Origin: an uncultured Bacilli bacterium
Lineage (GTDB): Bacteria; Bacillota_I; Bacilli_A; RF39; UBA660
DNA length: 63,681 nucleotides
Assembly: GCA_934130105.1 (NCBI GenBank)
Contig: CAKOXL010000004.1
Location: 1 to 63,681 of the forward strand
Reading direction: 5' to 3'
The translations under genes were made by a program, and so were the position numbers. Every line of letters begins with the position of its first letter. Position 1 is the first letter of the stretch. Under the pieces are notes generated by a model. It ran no database searches, was not told the DNA's origin, and saw nothing but the letters and a program-made list of their open reading frames with translations. Below are positions 9,376 through 17,542 of the stretch, one piece after another.

Positions 9376-10467
9376 TTATTCATTCCTAAAGTTAATACCA
9401 AGTTCACTAGCTTGAGTACTAGTTTTTACATCTATTTTGTATTTAGTTAAGCGTGATGCAAGACGTGCATTCATTCCTTTTTTACCAATAGCTAGAGAAA
9501 AATCATCACCATCTGCTACTACTAAGGCTTCTTGTTTTTTAGGATCCATAATTAAAACTTTTAGGTTTTTAGCTGGAGCTAAAGCATTTTCAATAAATAT
9601 AGCTGGTTCTTTATCATATTTAACTATATCTATTTTTTCACCATTTAACTCTTTTAAGATATTACCAATTCTACTTCCTTTTTCACCAATGCATGCACCA
9701 ATTGGATCAACATTTGCTTTTTCTGAATATACTGCTACTTTACTACGAGAACCAGCATCACGAGCAACACTATATACTAAAACAGTACCATCATTAATTT
9801 CTGGAATTTCAAGTTCAAATAGTCTTTTAATAAAACCATAGTGTGTTCTAGATAGTAATATTAGTAAGCCTTTACTGTTAGAGTCAACCTTACTTACATA
9901 TACTTTGATTTGACTACCCATTTTTATTTTTTCGCCAGGGATACATTCTTTCTTAGGTAAAATACCATTACTTCTTCCTAAATTGATGTAATAGTTATCA
10001 GTATCTTCAAGTTCAACAGTACCAATTAATAATTCATCTTGTTTATCACCAAAGTCATTTAAAATACTATTTCTTTCAGCTTCTCTAATTTTTTGAATTA
10101 ATACTTGTTTAGCTGTTGATGTTGCTACTCTACCAAAATCTTTTGGTGTAACTAAAGTATCAATTGTATCACCTATATTTAAAGACTTATTAATTTTTCT
10201 TGCATCAGTTAAACTTATTTCAGTATCTAAATCAATATCGTCTCTTTCTAAATCATCTGGATCTTCATCTTCTACTACGGTAATATAAGAATAAACCTTT
10301 ATATCTCCTGTTTTCTTATCAATTACTACTTTAGAATTTTGAATGCCAGTATCTTTTTTATAAGCTGCCATTAAAGCATTTTCCATAGCTTCAAATATAA
10401 TATCACGATCGATACCTTTTTCTTTTTCAACTAAATCAACTGCTTTAATAAACTCTTTACCATTCAT
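9376..10467 (-). CDS. nusA: Transcription termination/antitermination factor NusA
   Basis: NusA N-terminal, S1 and KH domains (GACIGEKGSRI, AIGKKGMNARLA). Confidence 0.95.
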   Translation of the reverse strand: MNGKEFIKAVDLVEKEKGIDRDIIFEAMENALMAAYKKDTGIQNSKVVIDKKTGDIKVYSYITVVEDEDPDDLERDDIDLDTEISLTDARKINKSLNIGDTIDTLVTPKDFGRVATSTAKQVLIQKIREAERNSILNDFGDKQDELLIGTVELEDTDNYYINLGRSNGILPKKECIPGEKIKMGSQIKVYVSKVDSNSKGLLILLSRTHYGFIKRLFELEIPEINDGTVLVYSVARDAGSRSKVAVYSEKANVDPIGACIGEKGSRIGNILKELNGEKIDIVKYDKEPAIFIENALAPAKNLKVLIMDPKKQEALVVADGDDFSLAIGKKGMNARLASRLTKYKIDVKTSTQASELGINFRNE

Positions 10468-10717
10468 TATTTACATCTCCTTTTTCCTTTGCATATACAT
10501 CAAGTGTATAACTTTCATCAATTAAATCAAGTTTGTCCAAAATTGGATTAATAATTCGTGTTGCCATTACTACCTTATTTAAAGGAATAATTTCATTGCT
10601 ATCTAAAATAATTGTTAATGTATTTTCATTATCTACTTTACCGTAAGTAATATCACTAATAAAAACATTTAACTCACTAAGCTTATCTTTAGTAGCTTCC
10701 ATTATTTTTTCTTTCAT
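10457..10717 (-). CDS. rimP: Short RimP-like ribosome maturation factor (N-terminal domain only)
   Basis: Position immediately upstream of and overlapping nusA. The sequence resembles the RimP N-domain but is only 86 aa. Confidence 0.6.
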   Translation of the reverse strand: MKEKIMEATKDKLSELNVFISDITYGKVDNENTLTIILDSNEIIPLNKVVMATRIINPILDKLDLIDESYTLDVYAKEKGDVNNEW

Positions 10718-10743
10718 GATTCCTCCTTTTTACTAAATAAAAT

Positions 10744-10761
10744 CGAGTGGTTTCCCACTCG
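10744..10761 (-). promoter_or_regulatory. Terminator-like hairpin in the rimP-nusA leader (candidate attenuator)
   Basis: On the minus strand, CGAGUGG-GAAA-CCACUCG is followed by AUUUUAUUU. It lies between an extended -10 (TGATATAAT, 10772-10780) and the rimP RBS. Confidence 0.35.
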
Positions 10762-10876
10762 CTGTAACTAAATTATATCATATAAATAGTATTTTACATA
10801 GAAAAATTAATCAATTTATGAAAAAAAAGACAGTTTTTATAAAACTTATGATAATATTATATTAGAAAGAAGGTAG

Positions 10877-11809
10877 ATGATGGATAATTTAAGTATTACG
10901 GTAATGTTAGGTATGTTTGTTACCTTGGTACCTTATATTATGTATAATTTTAATAGTATTAGAGTTGATAAGAATAAAACTATATTATGGGGTATAATCT
11001 CATTTATACTTAGTTTATTAGTATTTAAAATAACTGGTACTATTTTTAATTATATTGGGTTAATTACTACTATAATAGTAGCTACTATGTTTAATCTTTT
11101 TATAGTAAAAAAAGATGTTGATATTAAAAAAATACCTAAATCAATTTTAGTTATTTTACTATTCTTTTTTATTTCATTAGTACAACTTATTCCTATTTAT
11201 TTATTTAATCTAGATATTAATAATCTAACTACTATGCAAACTTTATTATTAACATTATTTTCTAATTCAATTTTATTAGTTATATTAATATCTATGTATC
11301 GTGATACGTTAAAAGATGATTTTAAAAAAACTAAAAATAACTTTAATGAAATGATGGATACTGGAATAAAGTGTTGGTTAGTGGGTTTAATTATTATGAT
11401 AATTTCTAATGTTATTATAGGATTATTTATTCCACTTGCTAATGCTGGCAATGAGCAAGGTGTTCAAGAATATATTTCAACATCTGGTATTGTATCAATG
11501 TTAGCTATTGGTATAATTGCTCCTATAATTGAAGAATTAACTTTTAGAAAAGCATTTAGAGATATTTTTAAAAGTAAATGGCTATTCATTTTATCATCAG
11601 GATTAATTTTTGGTTCTTTACACGTTGTATTAAGCTTAAATAGTTTATGGGATTTATTTTATATTATTCCGTATAGTTCACTAGGAATAGCTTTTGGTTA
11701 TATGTATTATAAAACAGATAATATTTATACATCTATTATTATGCATATGTTTCACAATACAAGTTTAACTCTTTTATCTATTATTGGTGGAGTTATGGTT
11801 ATATTATGA
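10877..11809 (+). CDS. CPBP (CAAX) family intramembrane metalloprotease
   Basis: EELTFR, FGSLH and HMFHN motifs within a polytopic protein. Confidence 0.8.
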   Translation: MMDNLSITVMLGMFVTLVPYIMYNFNSIRVDKNKTILWGIISFILSLLVFKITGTIFNYIGLITTIIVATMFNLFIVKKDVDIKKIPKSILVILLFFFISLVQLIPIYLFNLDINNLTTMQTLLLTLFSNSILLVILISMYRDTLKDDFKKTKNNFNEMMDTGIKCWLVGLIIMIISNVIIGLFIPLANAGNEQGVQEYISTSGIVSMLAIGIIAPIIEELTFRKAFRDIFKSKWLFILSSGLIFGSLHVVLSLNSLWDLFYIIPYSSLGIAFGYMYYKTDNIYTSIIMHMFHNTSLTLLSIIGGVMVIL

Positions 11810-12726
11810 TGAGTCGTAGTGAAAAAAATCAAGTATTAGAAGAAGAAATAAAAAAAGAAGAGAAAAAGAAAAAAAAGGATAGAATTAGAAGAAGGATTCT
11901 TAAAACTATACTTATCTTGATTTTTCTTTTGATAGTTTTACTATTATATATGCATTTTATTGGTACTAAAGGTTTAAGTGCTAGAGAGTATAAAGTTGAA
12001 AGTAATTTAATTCCTGATTCATTTCATGGATTTAAGGTGGTACAATTTTCTGATTTACATTACTTAACTACTATTCACGATAAAGAACTTAAAAATATAG
12101 TAAAAAAGATTAATGAATTAAAACCTGATATAGTTGTATTTACTGGTGATTTAATTGATAGTAAGGAAGAGGTAACTGATAATCAATTAAATAATTTAGT
12201 AAGTAGTTTAAACGAAATTAAGGCAACTACTGGGTTATATGCAATTAAGGGAAATCATGATTATAATAATGATAATTTTGAAAAAGTTTTTAATCAGACA
12301 GCGTTTAAGATACTTGATAATAGTTATGAACTAGTCTATTATAAATCTAGTACTCCTATTATGATAACTGGTGTTGGTAGTATTATTAATAATGACTGTG
12401 ATATTGATAAGGCTTTTAGTTATGATAAAATGGATAATTTATATACAATATCATTAATACATGAACCAGATGTTATTGATAATATTAGGGAAAAATATCA
12501 AGTTAATTTAGCTTTAGCTGGACATTCTCATAACGGTCAAATTAGATTACCGGGAATTGGGGCTATTATGAAAGTTGAAGAAGGAAAAATTTATCCGAAT
12601 GAAGAATATACATTAGGTGATACTAAATTATATGTATCTGGAGGACTTGGTACTAGTATGTATGAATTTAGATTATTTACCCACCCTAGTATTAATTTAT
12701 ACAGACTAACAAAAGAAGCGGAATAA
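11806..12726 (+). CDS. Membrane-anchored calcineurin-like metallophosphoesterase (YkuE-like)
   Basis: SDLH, GDLID, GNHD and GHSHNGQ motifs. Its ATG overlaps the upstream TGA stop. Confidence 0.85.
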   Translation: MMSRSEKNQVLEEEIKKEEKKKKKDRIRRRILKTILILIFLLIVLLLYMHFIGTKGLSAREYKVESNLIPDSFHGFKVVQFSDLHYLTTIHDKELKNIVKKINELKPDIVVFTGDLIDSKEEVTDNQLNNLVSSLNEIKATTGLYAIKGNHDYNNDNFEKVFNQTAFKILDNSYELVYYKSSTPIMITGVGSIINNDCDIDKAFSYDKMDNLYTISLIHEPDVIDNIREKYQVNLALAGHSHNGQIRLPGIGAIMKVEEGKIYPNEEYTLGDTKLYVSGGLGTSMYEFRLFTHPSINLYRLTKEAE

Positions 12727-12735
12727 TTATAGTAA

Positions 12736-13866
12736 TTACTCTGCTTCTTTTCTATTATAATTAAAGTTTAAAGGTTTTAGTTCATCTAATACAAACATAC
12801 CATTTTTTCTTATTAATACATCATCGAAATAGATTTCTCCACCACCATAATCTTCTCTTTGAATTAAAACCATATCCCAATGAATCCCAGAATCGTTTCC
12901 GTTGTAACAATCTTTATAAGCTTGACCTGGTGTGAAATGAATGCTTCCTAGTATTTTCTCATCATATAATATATCTCCCATTGGATATAAGATTTCAGGA
13001 TTAAAGCCAAGTGAAAATTCACCTACATATCTAGCACCTTCATCAGTATCAAATATTTCATTTAGTTTTTCATTATCTTCATCACAAGTAGCATGAATAA
13101 TTTTACCATCTTTAAATTCTAATGATACGTGGTTATATACTCTTCCTTGATATGGACTAGGTGTATTGTAAGTAATAGTACCATTGACTGATGTTTTTAC
13201 TGGAGCACTATAAAGTTCACCATCTGGTATGTTCATTTCTCCTACACAAGGGATACTGCCCATTCCTTTAATACTAAAGGTTAGATCAGTACCAGGAGAT
13301 ACTATTCTTACTTTATCTGTTTTATCCATTAATTTTTTTAATGGTTTTATTAGCTTGCCCATTTCTTCATAATTAACAGTCATAACATTAAGAGCAAATT
13401 CCATAAACTCGCGTGATGTCATTTTGGCTTTATAGCTATCAAGTAATGATGGGTAATTTAATAATACCCATTTTCTTTGGTTTACTCTTACATCACTTGA
13501 TGGAAGTAAGGCTTGACTTAATTTCTTTGACATTTCTCCAGATGCATTTTTGTTTTCATAGTCATTAGTAGCATAACGGATATTAATAAATGAATCAAAT
13601 AACTCTACCTCATTTTCCTGAATTTTTTTAAGTAGTTTAATTCTACCATCATTATTTCCTTCAGTAAGTTTAGCTCCAAGTATAGGATCATTAATTTTTA
13701 AACATGGTACTCCGCCATTTTTATAAATTTCATCAATTAAATAAGAAATAAATTCTCTTGTTTCCATTGATTGTGTTGTGATTAATACTTTCTCATCTTT
13801 TTCTACTCTAATTGAATAATTAACAATTAAACTTGCTAGTTCTTTTAATTTATCACTCATTTTCAC
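12736..13866 (-). CDS. Aminopeptidase, M29 (AmpS/PepS) family
   Basis: Overall M29-like sequence (IPDGELYSAP, GFNP, HWDMV). Confidence 0.8.
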   Translation of the reverse strand: MKMSDKLKELASLIVNYSIRVEKDEKVLITTQSMETREFISYLIDEIYKNGGVPCLKINDPILGAKLTEGNNDGRIKLLKKIQENEVELFDSFINIRYATNDYENKNASGEMSKKLSQALLPSSDVRVNQRKWVLLNYPSLLDSYKAKMTSREFMEFALNVMTVNYEEMGKLIKPLKKLMDKTDKVRIVSPGTDLTFSIKGMGSIPCVGEMNIPDGELYSAPVKTSVNGTITYNTPSPYQGRVYNHVSLEFKDGKIIHATCDEDNEKLNEIFDTDEGARYVGEFSLGFNPEILYPMGDILYDEKILGSIHFTPGQAYKDCYNGNDSGIHWDMVLIQREDYGGGEIYFDDVLIRKNGMFVLDELKPLNFNYNRKEAE

Positions 13867-13907
13867 TCTTTCCTTTCTTAAACATAAAATACTTTAGAGG
13901 TGATTTT

Positions 13908-14159
13908 ATGTATTCATACAATAATAATATGGATAAATATTCTAGAAATATGTATAGTCAAAATATAAATCCAAATAACGAACGTTTTGCTGGTGGATTT
14001 GTTGCACCATTACTACTTGGTGGCGTTGCTGGTTACGCAATAGGAAATACTAATAGACCAAATTACTACTATCCACAACCATATCAACCATACTATTATT
14101 ATCCTTATCCATACCCTACTTATTATAGCAATAATTATTACTATAATCCATATAATTAG
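13908..14159 (+). CDS. Small protein with a Gly-rich TM segment and a Tyr/Pro/Asn-rich tail
   Basis: AGAGGTGA RBS followed by an ATG at 13908. Sequence includes FAGGFVAPLLLGGVAGYAIG, then YYYPQPYQPYYYYPYPYPTYY. Confidence 0.45.
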   Translation: MYSYNNNMDKYSRNMYSQNINPNNERFAGGFVAPLLLGGVAGYAIGNTNRPNYYYPQPYQPYYYYPYPYPTYYSNNYYYNPYN

Positions 14160-14190
14160 TAAGAAGAGCTTAATTATTTTAAGTATAAAA

Positions 14191-14210
14191 AAGGTTGCAT
14201 TAACAACCTT
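14191..14210. terminator. Bidirectional intrinsic terminator
   Basis: AAGGTTG-loop-CAACCTT hairpin flanked by an A-run and a T-run, between convergent genes. Confidence 0.5.
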
Positions 14211-14224
14211 TTTTATTTATAACT

Positions 14225-15055
14225 TTATTTTGATAATTTTTTTATAGTATCGATATCTAATCCTGTTAAATCAGATATAGTAGAAATATCCATATCTTTA
14301 GCAAGCATGTTTTTAGCGATTTCTAATTGCTTCTTACTGGCACCTTCTTCAATACCATCTTCATAAGCTATTGCTTTTTCGGTATTTTTAATTAGTTCTT
14401 GGTCTTCTTCATAACTCATAAAACTTTGAAATGTTTCTTGATTATTTAAATCTGTCAATTTATCTTCATACTCTTTCACAAAATCATCTCCAATCGATAT
14501 TTTGTCAAGGTTATTTTGGTCTAAATCCAACATAATTAAATGTTTATATTCATTAACCTTGTTGTTATCTAAATTGTACCAATAATCAGTAATTTTGTCC
14601 ATATTGAATTCAATAATTTCAAAGTTATCAATATACCTTTTATCATTCTTATTCATAACATAATAATAAGAAACATCATCTACTTTTTTACTTAATCCAT
14701 AACTTAAATCAATATGTATGAATTTAGTTTTATAATCATACCTTTTACCACGGATTACTTTTCTAGAATAAATGTTAGTAAAATAAATAAAATTTCTAGT
14801 ATGCAAATAATCAGAATAGTTACAGTTTAACTCGATATGTAGATATTCATCACCATCTTTAACTAACACATCTACTATTTTAACTTTATCAATAGTACTA
14901 ATTACTGGTAATTCGTTTCTTAAAAATTCTATAATTTCTACATCCTTTTTTAAGATTCTAGATAATAATTTTTTTAATAATATGGGATTATCCTCATCAC
15001 AAAAGATAGTTTTAAATACTCGATCATATTTAGCCGTATAAAACTTAGTTACCAT
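14225..15055 (-). CDS. PD-(D/E)XK nuclease family transposase / Rpn-like recombination-promoting nuclease
   Basis: The N-terminus (YDRVFKTIF...) and the C-terminal helix-turn-helix-like tail (AKNML..ISDLTGLDIDTIKKL) are typical of this family. A paralog lies at 63496-63681. Confidence 0.7.
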   Translation of the reverse strand: MVTKFYTAKYDRVFKTIFCDEDNPILLKKLLSRILKKDVEIIEFLRNELPVISTIDKVKIVDVLVKDGDEYLHIELNCNYSDYLHTRNFIYFTNIYSRKVIRGKRYDYKTKFIHIDLSYGLSKKVDDVSYYYVMNKNDKRYIDNFEIIEFNMDKITDYWYNLDNNKVNEYKHLIMLDLDQNNLDKISIGDDFVKEYEDKLTDLNNQETFQSFMSYEEDQELIKNTEKAIAYEDGIEEGASKKQLEIAKNMLAKDMDISTISDLTGLDIDTIKKLSK

Positions 15056-15139
15056 ATTTTTCCTCCTTTTGTGCCATAATAACAGATAATAATAAGTATG
15101 TAAAATGTTCTATTTTATAAATTCAATGCAAAATAAAAA

Positions 15140-15177
15140 CCAATTTTAAATAATTACTAAAGAAAACTTAAAATTGG
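15140..15177 (-). terminator. Intrinsic terminator downstream of the DGR RT
   Basis: Minus strand: CCAATTTTAA...TTAAAATTGG stem followed by TTTTTATTTT. Confidence 0.55.
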
Positions 15178-15210
15178 CTTCATTATTTACTTTAATTTAC
15201 AAAAACATAT

Positions 15211-16242
15211 CTATTTTAAATAATCTTTGATAATAAACCTATCATGATATTTATTAATTAAATGGTAAGTATTAGCATGTCTTGCATGTGCTCTCCATGA
15301 ATTATAGCACATACGAATATTCGTAAAATCGAGCCTGTTATTTATAAAGTCAGTGTTTGCTTTTTTAACTAAAGCTTTTATTTTTTGCTTACTTCTTTTT
15401 CTGATTAAAAGATGGGTTTCATAAATTCGATATCCGCAAAAATCAACGCCTAAATTGTTAGGATAGTATTTACTTTTCCTATTAAGGTTAAGTTTTAATT
15501 TTTGATTTAAGAAAACTTCAATAAGTAATTTATATTTTCTTGCTTCTTTTTTATCGTTAACAAGTAATATAAAATCATCCATATAGCGGACATAATATTT
15601 AATCTTAAGGACTTCTTTTATATAATGATCAAGCTCATTTAAATATATATTAGCAAAGAATTGGGAGGTATAATTTCCAATAGGAATTCCTTTTCTATTA
15701 TTAGTATCATAAATTAATTTTCTAGTAAAAGTTAATAGTTTTTTATCACTAATATGGTGTTTCATAATTTCAAACAAAATATCTTTATCAATACTATAAA
15801 AATACTTTTGAATATCGCATTTTAAGATATAGTAATTATGTTTATTATGCCACATGATTTGCATATAATGTTGCAGTTGTTTTACCGCTTTATGAGTGCC
15901 TCTATTTTTAATGCAAGCATAAGTATCTTTTATGAACTTAGGTAAAATATATGGTAGTATAAACTCTTCAACATACCACTGATGGATAATTCTATCACGG
16001 TAAGGTAATGATTGAATAACTCTTTCTTTAGGTTCTGAAATTATAAATTCGTGATACTTTCCAACTTGGTAAGTATTATTTTTTACACTGCTATACAAAT
16101 TCATAAGGTTATTTTCTAAATCCATCTCAAATAAAATTACATCACTACGATTTCTTTTATTCTTAGAAGCTCTAATATGAGCATTATAAAATAGTATATA
16201 ATCAAGTTTATTATCAAACTGCTGTTTTATCGTTTTTGGCAT
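15211..16242 (-). CDS. DGR-type reverse transcriptase
   Basis: RT motifs KCDIQKYFYSID, IPIGNYTSQFFANIYL (the DGR-typical IGxxxSQ) and YVRYMDDF, with an adjacent TR/VR pair. Confidence 0.92.
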   Translation of the reverse strand: MPKTIKQQFDNKLDYILFYNAHIRASKNKRNRSDVILFEMDLENNLMNLYSSVKNNTYQVGKYHEFIISEPKERVIQSLPYRDRIIHQWYVEEFILPYILPKFIKDTYACIKNRGTHKAVKQLQHYMQIMWHNKHNYYILKCDIQKYFYSIDKDILFEIMKHHISDKKLLTFTRKLIYDTNNRKGIPIGNYTSQFFANIYLNELDHYIKEVLKIKYYVRYMDDFILLVNDKKEARKYKLLIEVFLNQKLKLNLNRKSKYYPNNLGVDFCGYRIYETHLLIRKRSKQKIKALVKKANTDFINNRLDFTNIRMCYNSWRAHARHANTYHLINKYHDRFIIKDYLK

Positions 16243-16586
16243 GATTTAATCCATCCACCTAATAAATTACATATGTTGGTTATTTTTTTACTCCATGCTT
16301 TATAATTATTGTTGTTAATATATTTTCTTTTATATGAAACTCTAACTAGTACTTTTAAAAATTTTATTTCATTATCTAGTAATGATAGATTATTTAATTT
16401 ATCGACTTTATCATATTGTTTATAAGCATTAATTATATATTTAATACCATTATAAGTAGTATTTTTAATTGTAGATACTAAAGATAATTTTTCACATTTA
16501 GGATATTTTTCAGTAATCATCTCTGTATAATAAATAAGTTCTATATATTGCTTATAAATTATTAGCTCTTCTACTACTTTAATCAT
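16227..16586 (-). CDS. avd: Avd-like accessory variability determinant (four-helix-bundle / 23S rRNA IVS protein family)
   Basis: 119 aa, basic and helical, with a KYPKCEKLSLVSTIKN..Y motif like the FPKxEKxxL family. It overlaps the RT start. Confidence 0.75.
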   Translation of the reverse strand: MIKVVEELIIYKQYIELIYYTEMITEKYPKCEKLSLVSTIKNTTYNGIKYIINAYKQYDKVDKLNNLSLLDNEIKFLKVLVRVSYKRKYINNNNYKAWSKKITNICNLLGGWIKSCQKR

Positions 16587-16974
16587 TTAGTATCACCTTT
16601 AATTCATAAAGAAAGTTGATTGCTTCAAGTGGTGTTAGTGTATTTATATCTATATTTTTTAATTTCTGTTCTAATTTAATATATTTTTGGGGAATTTCAG
16701 TCTTTTTTATTATGTTTTCTATTTCTTTTGTTTCAACTATCTGGATATCTAATTTATGATTATGGAAAACGCGCATATAATCTTCTAGTTTAACGTCTGG
16801 GAAACCACATTTATTTACTTCGTTCGTAAATTTGGTTTGTTTTAATACTACATACTGATTAATAGTATTAGCATCTTCTGATATGAAAATATAAAATTTT
16901 CCATTATGAAAAAGATATAATTTATCAGGATTATCTTGTTTTAATTTTAAATATTCATTATAAATTTTACTCAT
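16579..16974 (-). CDS. MutS domain-I-like small protein (DGR MSL-type accessory)
   Basis: YLKLKQDNPDKLYLFHNGKFYIFISEDANT...CGFP...Y resembles the MutS mismatch-binding N-domain (YxxxKxxxPDxxLLFRxGDFYExFxxDA...AGxP). A GAAGGAG RBS precedes the ATG at 16974. Confidence 0.6.
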   Translation of the reverse strand: MSKIYNEYLKLKQDNPDKLYLFHNGKFYIFISEDANTINQYVVLKQTKFTNEVNKCGFPDVKLEDYMRVFHNHKLDIQIVETKEIENIIKKTEIPQKYIKLEQKLKNIDINTLTPLEAINFLYELKVILND

Positions 16975-17001
16975 ACTACTCCTTCTTTCTAAAAAATATT
17001 T

Positions 17002-17032
17002 AAAAAAAAGCAGCACAAAAAAATTGTACTGC
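17002..17032 (-). terminator. Intrinsic terminator between the TR spacer and the accessory genes
   Basis: Minus strand: GCAGTACA-ATTTTTT-TGTGCTGC (8-bp stem with one G-U pair) followed by T8. Confidence 0.55.
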
Positions 17033-17340
17033 TAATCATGATATCTGATATTCGTATATTACTACTAACCAAATACCACTATTTATGTGTTTCTTTGAAG
17101 TTCAAAGAGGAATTTGATTTCTACGATAAACACTCAAAAATTATCCTTGAATAATTTTAATAGAATGAATTTAATTAAATTTTATATTGTAGTCTAAGAG
17201 CGAGAACGACACGGAACGAAATGTTGGTGTTCGTACCACCTGTGTTGTTGTTGAACGCAAAGGAACCGGCTTCAGTGCCATTGTTCCAATTGCCACCACG
17301 TTCGAACCAAGGGTTAGAAGAATTAACAAAGTTGGCGTTT
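17010..17340 (-). ncRNA. Putative DGR RNA (TR plus about 165-nt spacer ending at a terminator)
   Basis: The TR is noncoding: its frame runs into a stop after VVLALRLQYKI and has no RBS. A noncoding spacer and a terminator hairpin follow it. Confidence 0.45.
17198..17340 (-). repeat. DGR template repeat (TR)
   Basis: 143-bp match to 17554-17696. All differences are at plus-strand T, which is A on the coding strand. The frame is rich in AAC (Asn) codons. Confidence 0.92.
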
Positions 17341-17430
17341 GAAAAATGAGAAAAAAATACTACCTTTACAATCAAATCCCTACATTTGTACTATATATAT
17401 TTCAAAATTACAAATGCCATAATTTAAAGT

Positions 17431-17467
17431 CTCCCGATTTTTTTCAAAAAAGGGAAAAAATCGGGAG
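17431..17467. other. Perfect 13-bp-stem hairpin between VR and TR
   Basis: CTCCCGATTTTTT (17431-17443) pairs with AAAAAATCGGGAG (17455-17467) around an 11-nt loop. No canonical U-tract follows on either strand. Confidence 0.6.
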
Positions 17468-17542
17468 CCATAGAACTTACCGCAGTAAAAAATATGAAGA
17501 TAAAGATTTTATCATACTATCTACTACGGGGTTAATAGCACA

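Noticed and set aside
15211-16242. RT as a group II intron or retron RT
   Set aside because: There is no maturase/X or endonuclease domain and no flanking intron RNA structure. There are no msr/msd-like inverted repeats. The IGxxxSQ motif, the Avd-like gene and the adenine-specific TR/VR pair argue for a DGR.
17175-17375. 66-aa ORF (MIVKVVFFSHFSNANFVNSSNPWFERGGNWNNG...)
   Set aside because: This is the template repeat read in the frame of the VR. It has no RBS, and its Asn-rich content is the AAC signature of a DGR TR. It is treated as noncoding template RNA, not as a gene.
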